Assembly (NCBI GenBank): GCA_040954595.2
Contig: CM082588.2
Location: 1,991,027 to 2,055,026, forward strand
Direction: 5' to 3'
Length of the DNA stretch: 64,000 nucleotides
Origin: Balanoglossus misakiensis
Taxonomy: Eukaryota > Animalia > Hemichordata
The notes beneath the pieces were generated by a model. It was not told the DNA's origin. It made no database searches and saw nothing but the letters and a program-made list of their open reading frames with translations. Below, piece by piece: positions 51,346-64,000 of the stretch; the first letter of the stretch is position 1, and each line of letters starts with the position of its first letter. A program made the position numbers and the translations under genes.

Positions 51346-53603
51346 ATGGGGTGTACCTTGAAAACCTTCACGGGATGCGTGTTGGTTTGCCTGGCCATTG
51401 CATTGACAGTGGTGGCCCTTGCCACGCCCTCGTGGGAACAGAATGATGCCCACGGAATGCAGACCACTCTCGGACTGTGGACCTCATGCGAAAAGTACGA
51501 CGATGGGACGAATGTTGTAGTCTGCAGCAATTTTGGCATAGACAAGGTTGATGGTAAGGCAGTAAGGCAATCTGAACCCGTGCATTATGTTTCAAGAACT
51601 GACTCCCTTTCGCTTTCAACCACCTGCGCCATAACTGATTCGTCTGTTTTGTCCCAGTGTCGAATGAGCGCGTGTCACTTAAGAAAGTGTACTATTCAAC
51701 ACATTGCAAATTTGATCACTTATAGCTGTGTATGTGTATATGTTTCGTTGCTCCTGTCAGTTCTTACAGTCCACGTTGAGCGGTAAACCCTAAGCACAGT
51801 GCAACGATATGGAAATTCTCCCCGCTAATGAAAGGGAAAAACCATTTGTGGAACAATAGATGCAAGCTAACGCCGTTCCGCAAGGCTGAATGGGGGCTAT
51901 TCAGCTTGCATTCTAATAAAGCCTGACTGGGTAAACAGCGTCTCGTTTGCATCTGCTGGTGCTGTGCAGGGTAGGTGAACGGCGGTAAAATTTGCGCCAA
52001 TCCCGGGATTTGTCCGGCCAAAAGACGACAGGGACCAAGCCGAGAAATTCAGCTAAACACAGATTGCGACTGAATGTCATGGCAACCGGTTTCTCTCAGT
52101 AGAAACATTGCTAAGTATAAAACAAAAATCAAACCATCATCTATACCGAATACAAAACAACACCATATATGGGGCTAACAGCATATCAATTAGAACTGAG
52201 CTGAGGTTTAGACATGCACGACTGTCATGGTCGCTCATATTAATGGTGTTCCCCACCGGGAGTACTCCCTTGGACAATAGGACCCGTTTTATTTATTGGG
52301 TGAAATTAAACAGTCCGTGTCATCCTGTTTCATTTTAATACGCATTGTTTCAGAAACAAAAGAGATTTAGGCTTAGATACACGCGCATTTAACAAAAACA
52401 AAATCGTTAAGTCCGTCCATGTGAAATTGAAAGTGAACCTTTGCAATATTGCGATATTAACATATTATGATTCGTGTGCTCATTTGTCATTAGTAGCCCG
52501 GGCTTGAGGTCATTCGTTCTAGGTCAGGGCATTTGGCGCCATTTTACCAATCAAGCATGCATTTTGTCCTTTGAACGCGAAATGCTGCATTGAAAACGCG
52601 TGATAAACATATTTTCCGTCTGAAGCAAATACTTGGAAATAAATAAAAACTTCATTCTCGACCAAAACATGCGGGTTGTGCATGATAAGAACATGCCACG
52701 GCAATTCTATTTCTAGCGGGTATGTTTGAGTGTTGTTTGGTAAAAGTAGTACATGTATTAGTAATGAAAATGGAAGTTCATTGATGCGTTTAGTAGGTGG
52801 CCTTGGATGAGCATTGTGTTACCTGCAGAGTATTGTGTGACTGAACTGCATTCTCAAAATAGAAGTGACCCGTGGTAAAGCTGCGCATGCAAAGAACTTT
52901 GGTGATCTGAACTTTTTACCTGGTGTACATTGTATACATAGACTTACACAGTCTCAGTGTAGAAACTAATCTATCTTTAAATCTTCCATTTGTTTCCAGC
53001 GGCCGTACGTTTCTGTCGTTTCACCTGTATCATTAACTTCGTAGTGGGAATTGCGAGTCTTGTTATATTCTTCGTCAACCGCACACAGCACAAGTGGGAC
53101 AGAGGTGCCTACGTGTCGACGTTTTTGATTATGGCATGTGGTAAGTGCGGTTTGTTTTACCAGTTTGTACTTCAAAATACGAACGTTGCATGCATCTTAT
53201 GCAATTTAACCGCTCCCACAGAGTCATACGGAGAGGATTGATAATACTTTTGTCATAGATATTAGTATGCACATATGCAGTATGTAAATGAAGTATACTG
53301 AAATGAAAGCAGCTGTCCAAGGTGTACTATAAGCTGATATATGTAGTGTTAATTAACGACACCACATCGACATTATCTGTGTTTCTTTGCTTCGTAGGTG
53401 TGTTGATGTTTTGCGCGACGACATGGTATGCTCTGAAGTATCGCGGTGCGGAAATCGAGGACAGACTACGATTCGGTTACTCCCTCATTCTGGCGTGGTT
53501 GTCGATACCGTTCTACATCGTTGGTGGCGTTCTACTGTTGCTGGGGTTACGAAGCAGCAAGGGTAACACGTACGAGGACCGTGACCGGAACGACTTCGTC
53601 TAG
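51346..53603 (+). CDS. Claudin/PMP22/EMP/MP20-family tetraspan protein, paralog B (3 exons)
   Basis: Exons 51346-51553, 53000-53140, 53398-53603. TPSW..GLWTSC..C and FGYSLILAW motifs; same phase-1 intron positions as paralog A. Confidence 0.9.
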
Positions 53604-55238
53604 CACGTGACTGCGAAACTACTAACAGAGGCGAATCATATAATATTGGATAATAACAAAAAACTAACAAAATTAATATTTATTGGGTTTATATTAGGCA
53701 ATGAGGTCAAATATGGACGGATCCATAGATTTACGCTCCAAAATTGCGTACAAAAACATTAAATCACATTTTAAATAAATCAGGGAATTACTTCTGTCAA
53801 CATTTTTATGAATGGATTTAATTGGTATTGTAATTGTGTTGGTACAAATATTGCTATCAACCCAATTAGTATGGTATCAACAACCCGTAACAGCTCGTCG
53901 AGAAAATTTCCTATACAAATGAAGTTCCTCTATTTTTATACTTTTCATGTCAACATGGTGAGTATTTAAACTATAAAAAATAGGATAAGCTTATATGACA
54001 ATCTAGTTTTTTAAATAACATTTTCTCGTTATTTTTTAAAAGTGACCAAAGCCTGAAGGAGATTTTATCTCGATGAGCCATTATCGTGAAAAATGTTTTT
54101 TGTTGTCTTGATGTACAAAATATTCTTATAATTGAGTCTTTTGTGGTAATAGATTCCGTGACCCATCTTTAGTATTAGTGGATAATTAACCCCTACCTTC
54201 AATCGACCAGAGGTTGTTTAACATTACTCATTCAGTGTGTTATGAAAATCTCCACATACCTAATAGAATATTGTATGTGTATGTGTTTAATTGAGAATTT
54301 TGTATTATTAGAAAAAAAATACTTTGTAATCAAATGACATTTTATATATTCAGTTCATTATATTTTAACTTAGTATAAGTAGAAGCGTTTGGATTGGCTT
54401 ATGTTTGTATCATTTGAAATTACATTGTCTCAAACTAAGTTGAGTTCGAATAAAGGTAGCAGTTGTATACACCACGTTCTTCATAGTATTTTGTCTTCCA
54501 AATGTGTATAACATTTAGCAACAATTCTGTGTGTGTTTCGCCGAAAACCGACAAAACTCTAAAAATATTTTTTTTTTCCGAATACATGCTGGTACAAAAT
54601 ATTTCATTTAAAGCATGTGACAGCTAGGCTGGGCCTGGCATTTGCTGTTACACGCTGATGACCGGTCACACGACTGCATTGTCCTCACAAAGGTCAAAGG
54701 TAGCCGTACTTGGCCAATGTTGGTCACGTCATGCATCGTGCTATCGACGTGTGTGTGGCCATGCCGTCGTCCGGTCTTGTTGTGTTCGTTTTAAGCCCTA
54801 TGTGAATCAGGTGAGTGTGATTTCCGGTATATCGGTGCGATATCGTTTTAAAGGCATGTTGTTAATGTTATTTCTGCGCAGTAGGCTGAAGTGCGCGTGC
54901 GTGGCCTTGATGAGGTACCGTAGCTCGATTGGTGCCAAGTCCGCATCATTTGTCGTCCGGACAAGCCTTGCTGCGTCCGTTAAAGTCCTCACTCGGTCGT
55001 CAGGGCCCTCGGCCACAATGTGAATGATATGAGTATACTAGTAATTCCTGGTATCCCAGTGCAAGTGCGATATATCCGTGAACATTCTGTATCGAGGCGT
55101 GATCTGTATCTATGGGAATCTGGTGTAACAGCGCCCCCAGGGTTCTATGGCAGTGACCGCAGATCATGACTGACTTGACAACCACTTACATGTTCTTTGT
55201 TGCTGTGTTCCAGACTTAGGCAGTAAGTACAGACAAAC

Positions 55239-57655
55239 ATGGCAGAAACCAACAAAGGAAACGTCGATGGTGGTGGTACCACAGCTGAATGCCAGCAGAC
55301 ACATGTCCAACATGAAGAAGATGCTGACAGGGACACGAAAATTGGTCTGATGCAAGATGACGCGCAGGAGACAAAAAAAGAAAGCGATAGTATTTCAAAA
55401 TATGAAGAAAGAAACGGACGAAATTACAGGATAGTTTGTACAACCATCGCACTGTACCTATCATACATTGGACTGGTAAGTATACCTACATCAACAGCAG
55501 TAAGGGATAACATGTAATTTCATGATCTCGGAATATTCTGAACATCATTACAAATGACAATAGCCAGTTTGAAACGACCCTACATGAGAAATAATTGTCA
55601 CCATTCAGACTTTGTGACATCGGCTATTTTAAGCTTGATAACCATGAATCATTGCAGCATTTAGACGTGTTGTAGGCAACGGAAGTGCGCGTTCCACCTC
55701 TGTAACTAACAATAATAATCGGTGTTGAAACCTGCATTCATGAATATGCACAGATACTGCATTAGTGCATACATGTATCTTAAACAATATAACACACAGC
55801 TTAAAACCTATGATAACATATTCAATTCACACCTGGTCTCTTTCGAATCCACAGGGAGCATGTGTCGCTATCCTAGGACTAAGTGTGGTGGACTTACAGT
55901 ATAAACTGCAGGCGTCACTGCAGAAGATCACGTACATATTCCCCGCTCGCAGTTGTGGCTTCGTGCTTGGTTCCATCGTTGGTGGTGTTTGCTTGGACAA
56001 GTTCGATAACATGTTGGTAATGGGATCCTGTCTCTTGGGCCTTACCTTCACAGGGTCCGCAATCGGCTGGTGTGATGGATTTGCTTTAGTCCTTGTTTTT
56101 ATAGCAATGTGGGGATTCTTCCTTGGAGTTCTTGAGACAGGTAATACGTTAGAACATGAGAAAATTTACAGATAAAAAGATCAAATACATGCATTAACAT
56201 ACATACGGCCTAGCCTATGCATCTTTATCCAGTCAAGTTGCAATTTACGAAGCATACAACGTCTTATTAACATTTTAACAATCTTTGAACTTTGGAAATA
56301 AATTTTATACCCGTGTTGATACATTTATGTTGTTCATATATGTCTTTTCAGGAGGAAATTTCGTCTGTGTAAGGATATGGGCCGAAAAATCTGAGCCGAT
56401 GATACAGGGATTGTACTTCTTCTTTGCAGTTGGAGCGACCGCTATACCGTTGATCTCAAACCCATTCCTGTCGCCTCTCAATCTACCTTCAGCGAACAAC
56501 ATAAGCGCATGCGTCACTCCAGCGCCATCCTTAGCACATATTGAGAACTTAACTCTGTTGCCACACGGAAACCCTCAAGAGAAAAGACTCGTGCGTGATA
56601 TTTTTGACGGTAGTCTTTTTGGAGAGACGTCGCTTTTGGAATACTTGGAACAGGAAGCCAAGGGAGGTATATTTAACCCTCAAGTAGAGCAGGGCTCCAA
56701 TGACAATGTCAGAATAAGAAAGGCGCGTGAGAAGAGTGTTGACGAAGATGATGAATTTTCAGCAGGCCAATTTGAGATGACACCGTTGTCAATTAACTGT
56801 GATGAAGTTGCCGCCAACAAAACCCCCGCGATACCGTTCATCGGGAAAGGGATGCTGTGGGTTCCTTATACAATTCTGTCAACCTTGTTTATCCTCACAT
56901 CAGGTTTATTCTTTTGGCTGTTCATGCAGGGATCGCGACAACTTATTATTCGAAGAACCGTGAATAATTCAGACGGTGCACAAGATCCACCTCCTACGAA
57001 CGAGAGCGGGATCTTCAAAATGACATTGCTAGTTCTCTTGTTTTTCTTCAGCTTTGCGTATATTGGCCACGAGGTTACGTTCGGTGGCTTTATTTACATC
57101 TTTGCTATGGAGTCGAGCTTCGGGTTCAACGTGCCAAAAGCGACTTACTTAACGTCAGCCTTCTGGGGAAGTTATGCGCTTGCGCGTGGTTTGGGCGTGT
57201 TTTGCGCCGCGAGACTAACACCACGAGTTATGTTGGTGATTGACTGCATAGGTCTTTGTAGTGCCAGCATTCTGCTGTCGATATTTGCTGATGAAGTGGA
57301 GGCAGTTCTTTGGGGAGCGTCAATATTGCTTGGACTCTCAATGGGAACTGTATTTGCTGCTGGAATTTCCTGGGGAGACCGTTACATCAAGCTTACAGGG
57401 AAAGCAATGTCTTCCTTTGTCGTGGCTGCTGCAGCAGCTGACGGTTTCTTCCCGTTTTTATTCGGGGTGCTGCAGAGGTCCTACGGGATGATGGTTCTGA
57501 TGTACATGGTCCTGGCGATGTCTCTTTCCGTTACTCTTGCCTTCATCGTCATGCAGACCATCGCATCATGTCACGGAGAAGAGAGAGACAGAAGAGATGT
57601 GGTTGTGCATGTTCCTCCCAACGCTAACGAGATGAGCACATTGGATAACCCATAA
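55239..57655 (+). CDS. MFSD4B: Major facilitator superfamily transporter, MFSD4/NaGLT1-like (3 exons, ~608 aa)
   Basis: Exons 55239-55475, 55855-56140, 56352-57655. Twelve TM-like segments; family motifs GVLETGGN, QGLYFFFAVGA, YIGHEVTFGGFIY, YLTSAFWGSYALARG. The A versus B paralog assignment is uncertain. Confidence 0.85.
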
Positions 57656-58086
57656 GCGATGAGCAAACCTAGTACAGTTTCAGTTGCCTTTATTGAAGCT
57701 TGGCTTCCGAGTGAATGTTGCCTTTTTAAATATGTATTTCTTTCTCATTGAATAAATAAAACAAAATAGATATTGGCTCATGTCAATGTCACATTTTCAA
57801 AATCCGAAACAGGCTGAATGCAAATAGAAAAATTGGCGTCTGTCACTCAAATATGCCGAGTGTGCCATTGTAAAACCTTGTATGTAAACAGTGTCACACG
57901 TTAATCCGAGAAGTGCTGCACACTTTACATCACGTAATAAAAAGTGTAAACGTCATCATGTAAGCTGTAGAAGAGGAGGACTTTCGCTAGCTGGTGCTAC
58001 TGGGTTGACTGGTGTTTGCAGTGGGATCAGCAGATTTGCTGGCTGAAGACACCGTGTTGCTGTTTTGTCCCTACTGCGGTTGCGTC

Positions 58087-60370
58087 ATGGCTGCGAAGCA
58101 CATTCTTGCTGTCATCCTCTTGACAAATGCTGCAATCAGTTTATTCTTCGTCTTTGAACTTTCAGGCCAAAAGTTGGGACGACATACCGACGGTGTGACG
58201 GCACAAGGTATCTTCATATCATCAGTTAACACACGTGCGGTGAGTAAGTTTTGGAGTACTTAGGCTTAGATCCGAAAATCTGAAACTCATGGTGGATGGG
58301 CTTATTTTAATCTAATAACTTAACTTAATTGGATTTGATTATATTGTAGGAACAATCCCCGGAACCATTCCATAACCTCACACCAGCACCGTTGGTCCGA
58401 AGACGAAATGACAAGATCGCGTCTCCTTTCAACATTGAATCCGAGGAAGTTTGGAAAACGCAAACAGAAGTAGAAAGAATCGGTGCAGAAAATGAAACAA
58501 GACTTGCACATATCAATTCAACCACGATCGAGATATTAAAATCATCGGGAAATGGCGACCAACACCTTGCAGATATCCGCCCTCAGACTACAGTGACGGG
58601 CAACTTCAGTTTTGTCTTACCCGAGAGTAAGCGCCAAGCAATGAGTGGGCGCTATCTTTTACCACTTTCAGGATTCAACGGCGGTCCCAGTTTTCAGTAT
58701 CAACAGTTTAAAGAAGCCGTACAGCTAGCCGTGTACACCGACAGGACAGTCGTGTTCCCGGCCTTTAAGCACCAGCGGACGGGCCTCTTTGAAGGCCGCG
58801 TTTCATTTCAAAACACCTTCGACACAGACATCTTCAAAGAATTCGCGCCGGCCATAAACATCGAAGACTTCAAAGCAAAGTGTGGAAACAACATCAAGGA
58901 TGTATGGACATTACCGTTTAGAGGCTACACCTACCCGCGTTACGCGAATACATACACAGCTCAGCGATCCTGGCTGAGAAAAAAGATCGGCGTTGAAATA
59001 CCTCCGGCTGAAAACATCCCCACTGCAGATAACCAGATGTGGCAGAGAGCATTCGAAGATACCTCGAACGTCTCATGTGTTGTGGTGACGTCACCGTTTC
59101 AGCTAAAGAAACTGCTCACCCCTCTTCCTAACACGGAGGAGATGTCTCTTGCGATAGACAGACATTTGATAAGGGCCCCCTTTATTCGAAAAATTGTGAG
59201 TGACATTCTGCCTGGCTTGTGTGACGGGAAGCCATTCGCAGCTGTGCACTGGAGAAACAAGACAGGCGAACGGTTAGTCGCGTACACCGGCCACAGTCTT
59301 GCCATTGCCACGTGGGCTGTCGAACTGTAATATGTAGTCAAGATAGACGGCGCTTAAATTTCTAATACCGAGTTGTTTATCATACATTGCATTTATGTCG
59401 TTTGCTTTTTTTATGTATATACCTGTACGAACTCAGTACATAGCATGCTTTCTATTTATTGCCAGGTGTCGTCTTAACAAGCGCGGCTATGCCGAGTCTC
59501 GCTTTTGTCGCCAAATGGTCATGACTGACTTGGCTGTGAGGAGGAACATAGCAGGGGACGTGCTGGAAATCATGAAGAAACATGGCGCTGATTGTGTTTA
59601 TGTTTCCCTTCCTCCATATCAACAGCAGGTCGGTGAAACTAGTAGATCACATACTTTCTATTGCCGGTTTGGCATTATTTCACAATACATGTAATTGGTG
59701 ATTAAGTCCAGATGCCGCCTTTGTCGTACAGACAAAAGTCGTTTCAAAGCTTATTTTTACAAATATAAGACCATGGGTCACACAAGTGACGACAGATTAT
59801 TGAAGGTACCATATTACAGAAAGAAAAGTGCATGCATGTATCTCAATTTCTGATAACAATGTCCTATTCTCGTTTCCAGGAGTTTGTGCCTCTGTTATCA
59901 TCCATCATATCTGAGGTTCGCGTTTTGGATGACGTCATCAAGATGGAGAATCACTACGTCAACTTATTCAGAGACGATGATTATTACGTGTCACTTTTAG
60001 AACAGGAAATCTGCTCCAGTATGTATAGCTTGGTCTATGTTTGCATTGAACCGTGCAGAGGGTAACATTCCGCAAAGTGGGTATAACATGATAAAGAAGC
60101 CTTGAGATGTCATTGTCTCTCTCAAATAGCACTCAAGTCGTTACTTATATTATTGAGAACAAAATAATCTGCATAACGAACTTGAGAAGTGTAGTTTGAT
60201 TTTAAAATATGACGCCCACTTTCTGTTTACTTGTTTTAGGATCTGCGGTTTTTATCGGGAGTGACTATTCAAACTGGTCTGCGTTTATCATGGAAGAACG
60301 ACGCGCATTTGGGAATAAACCGACGTATGATTTCTCCGAGTTACCTGGTATTCCCAAAGCTGGATTCTAA
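58087..60370 (+). CDS. Type II membrane O-fucosyltransferase-like glycosyltransferase (POFUT1/2-related GT-B fold), paralog A (5 exons)
   Basis: Exons 58087-58239, 58350-59272, 59466-59628, 59880-60018, 60240-60370. N-terminal anchor; motifs LAVYTDRTVVFPAF, AVHWR and LEQEICSRSAVFIGSDYSNWS parallel the POFUT RTL.vP, HLR and D..I...A..FIG...S.F[ST] motifs. Confidence 0.8.
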
Positions 60371-61267
60371 CACACCACGACAGGCAATGTTTTGGTTGAT
60401 GCCCGTGGTGATAGTGATAGAAAATCTCGTCGAAGGTACTTTGGTCCCGGGGAAATAGTCAGCCCATACACAATTGAAAGAACGTACTAGCATAGGACAT
60501 CATCTCAAGCTGTTACACACCATTTTGACGCTGCGGTAAACACTTGTCATACATGTATCTCATCACATAACATCCACACATCACAGGGCAGCATTTTGGG
60601 ATTTATCTAAGTGCTCCCAGAGGCTCAGGTCTGAAAGCAAATATGAAGCAAATTATCTGAAAGCAGCTGTTACTATTGGTTATCAAGACATTTAACCTTT
60701 TATTAATAGCACGTGTCTTCTCTTGTGAATGCGTTTTATTTCCGAGCATTGAACTCTCCTGAGGTGAAGCATTTGCGCATGAGTAGGAATTTAACCTACT
60801 ACATGTGGTTATCACCCAGAATGTTTTCAACACTTTTCATGTATATTCTGCAAAAAACCAGTATGACCTGCTCAGTGTCAAACACAACTTATCACGTAAA
60901 GTAATCAATGGTGAATTTGCTATCAGATTTACAATATATGCCACCCTATCTGTAAGAGATTATCTGCCCCAGGCGGTTTAATTCAGACACACTGGATAAA
61001 GGGTAAGGTTTAGTCACCATTTCGTTTTGTTTAATTAAATACGCATTAAATGTTATATTAACTTTATTGTGTTTTGTTTGTCTATCCATCTTAACACAAC
61101 AAATAATAAGATTTACTTCGGGTTGTGACCCCACTTAGCACCAAACCAGCTTTCAGATATATAAAGTTCCACTATATATGCAAGACTTAAGGTATCACAG
61201 ATGAATCACACCAGTGCCAACTCATTCTGCCGCAGTTTCCCGCGCTCTTAGGACCGACAGTACAGGA

Positions 61268-63362
61268 ATGAAACCTTCACAAAATAATTTTGTGCGTCTT
61301 GTCCTTATTGCCGCCGTTTTATCGATTTGTGCGGCTTATATTCTGTATCATGAAACCGCGTATAGTCTTCTGCCCAAGAAATGGCAGCCTAAGAGTGCAC
61401 GTTTAAAATCAGGCGAGTTGGGGCGTAACCAACAACCAAATCGGCAAGAGGTAAGTGTACAAATGTAGACTACCAGACCAACTACCTTGAAGTCGTTTAC
61501 ACAATTTCAAGTTTTACATTTTGATTTTCGATGCGCATATTAAATTAACACAATTGTATGTTTAAAACTCTTTAGAACGAAGATATCAATATGGTCACAA
61601 TTGAAATCTATTCTAACGATGTTGATGTTGCTGCAGTAACTGTTTCGTCGGATGTACTTGTACACGAGAACGCCAAGCAGCTGACGAGCACTGAGAAGTC
61701 AATTACTACAGAGATAGATGCAACCGAAACTGTCAATAACCACCTCTTTGCTAATCATCCCAATCTAAGTTACACTCTGTCGCCGGAGGTACGCGAAGCA
61801 ATGCACAACCGTTACCTGTTCCCGGTTCTACATTTCGATGGCGCGTCAGGGTATCAATGGAGACAATTCAAGGCTGCGGCACAAATGGCCGTATTTACCA
61901 ACAGGACAATTGTGTTGTCTGATTTTCGATATCGGCTGGATTCTACTCTGGTTTCGTTTGCTGAATCATTCAATGTTACAGTTTTTCGAGACTTCATGCC
62001 GGCCATAACCATTCAAGAGTTCCGACGGCAATGCAATCATTCTATCAACAAGGTGCTTGCAACACCGATCTTGCGCAACCACGTAGGTGATTACGCCCAC
62101 AACAGAGCTTGGCTGCACAAAAGAGATATACGTACCCCAGACAACCTCACTAGAATAGATGGAAACGCGACTTTAGCAGACTGGCTGAAAAGTGACAACA
62201 CATCAGATGAACGCTGTGTTGTCATGGTTATCCCGATACAATTTGAAGGTCTGGTTTTTCCAGACATGGAGAGGGTGAATAGCGCCATCGACAGGCATCT
62301 AGTTCGAACATGGCCCATTCAGAGCGCGATTGCGGACCTCATGCCTAAGATGTGTGATGGCATGCCCATTCTAGCTTTACATTGGAGAAACAAAACTGGA
62401 GAGATGTAAGTAACACTGCAGATGCTTCTGCGGTATCATGTAGGAAGGGAGATTGACAGACAGGCAAGACAGGACAGACAGACATACAGACATACAAGTC
62501 ACACAGACGCACAAAGAAACACATTGGACAAACATATAATATTCATGTATTAAACATGTATACCGAATGATACATTATTTTCTTTGCCAGGTGTCGGCGG
62601 CACGGCCCAGAACTCAGATATTGTGCGCGCGTTTACAAAACTCAAAAGTTTATGATAAAACATCTCGTGAATCACTTGACAGAGAACATACGCCAATACA
62701 AGATAAACTGTGTGTATATATCGCATGCACCAGACGAGGAAAGGGTAAGTGTGTTCTGCAATTTTATCACTCTAAATGCTGAGTAAACATTAAAACAAGG
62801 AAGTTTTAGGGTATAGGGCTTCTCTACAATATTCATGAGCGTTCTGCATTGATTACAGAATATTTACGATCTTCTACCCGATGATATTTTATCAATGTTA
62901 ATCCCGACGGACACGGTTCTGGGTCTTCTGAGCCCTGATATGGATTCATTAAAAAACGATGCTTATTTCTTCTCAATTATTGAACAAGAAATAGTGATAC
63001 ATAAGTAATGAATGCTTCCTTGAGCTTGCTTAGTGTTCAAATCGAAGTGTAAGATATTTTTAAAGCCGCACCTGCTTCAGGTGTTACAATTCGTGTACCT
63101 ATAGATATTTTGAAAACGAAAACCTCTATCTCAACCTTTCAATGCCCATCTGTTGTCAACATGAATACATGTAACAAGATCTGGTTTATTTTTTATATTC
63201 TTCTTGTATGTTGTAGACTCCATGGTTTTCTTCGGAGATGGAAAGTCGAACTGGTCACAGATGGTTTTTGCAGCAAGAAAAGCTTTCAACAAAGGTCCCA
63301 GTTATGACATGACTGTAGATTTTCCGGATTTGAATTCAAAAGGCATAAAGTGGTATCGCTGA
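61268..63362 (+). CDS. Type II membrane O-fucosyltransferase-like glycosyltransferase, paralog B (5 exons; intron-4 donor non-canonical, possibly disabled)
   Basis: Exons 61268-61450, 61576-62405, 62591-62744, 62859-63000, 63217-63362. Motifs MAVFTNRTIVL, ALHWRNKTGE, IEQEIVIHSMVFFGDGKSNWS. Same intron phases as paralog A; the donor at 63001 reads ATAAGT. Confidence 0.75.
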
Positions 63363-63419
63363 AGTTGATGTATTTTATTCATACATGCTAACCCCGATCA
63401 CAAACACTCAAACATAGTC

Positions 63420-63510
63420 ACAAATAAATACAAACAAACAAACAAACAAACAAACACACACACACACACAGACAGACAGACAGAAAGACTAACACGCACG
63501 CACGCAAGCA
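63420..63510. repeat. Compound microsatellite (AAAC/AC/AGAC/GCAC)
   Basis: Seen directly. Confidence 0.85.
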
Positions 63511-63884
63511 AGCACGAACAAGAGCTATAGAAAGCGCCCTCTATACATTCGTAAACGACATGTACAGAGAGGTTGGAGAGACATAATACCTTTGCGGCTG
63601 CTGTTGGCAAACCATTGTCGTGCGAATTAATCGGCTACCACAGCGGGTCTCTGTATATATTAACAATTGCTATTAAAGACACTTTTCACGAAGAGGGATT
63701 TATATTGTGCCGCTAATTCAAAACATATTGCATTCATTTTTTCTTTTTGTTGCAAACAGTGGAGGGATGTCATTTGATTGTTGAATAGATTAAATAATTG
63801 TTATTTAAGATATAAGAAGTAATATTATTGTGTTCATTCAATAAACACAACGCTCATTTTACCCGCCATTCCACCTACTTCTAC

Positions 63885-64000
63885 CTATCTATATGTCTGT
63901 CTGTTTCTATCTATCTGTCTATACATGTCTATCTCTCTCTCTGTGTCTATCTGTCTATCTGTCTGTCTGTCTGTCTACCAGGCTGGCCTGCCTGCCTGCC
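63885..64000. repeat. Compound microsatellite (TCTA/TCTG/GCCT)
   Basis: Seen directly; runs to the window edge. Confidence 0.8.

Overview
Eukaryotic (metazoan) genomic DNA with spliceosomal introns. It looks like a marine invertebrate, possibly a deuterostome, but the organism cannot be fixed from the sequence. There are no prokaryotic systems, rRNA or CRISPR. From left to right: (1) a tandem pair of single-coding-exon immunoglobulin-superfamily receptors, a long V-C2-C2 form with a 16-tyrosine tail and a short form lacking the V domain and most of the tail; (2) a ~27 kb gene-poor stretch whose only convincing CDS is a 108-aa single-pass membrane microprotein, plus microsatellites, a MITE-like element and a Helentron/HINE-like element; (3) a MAM-domain/mucin-stalk membrane protein (minus); (4) CDC40/PRP17 (minus) head-to-head with WASF/WAVE (plus); (5) two tandem claudin/PMP22-family genes; (6) an MFSD4/NaGLT1-like MFS transporter with an unusual extracellular loop; (7) two tandem type II O-fucosyltransferase-like genes, the second with a broken splice donor. 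The best candidate for an undescribed system is the Ig pair, which has the hallmarks of paired signalling/decoy receptors. All exon models were read by eye and are untested against transcripts.
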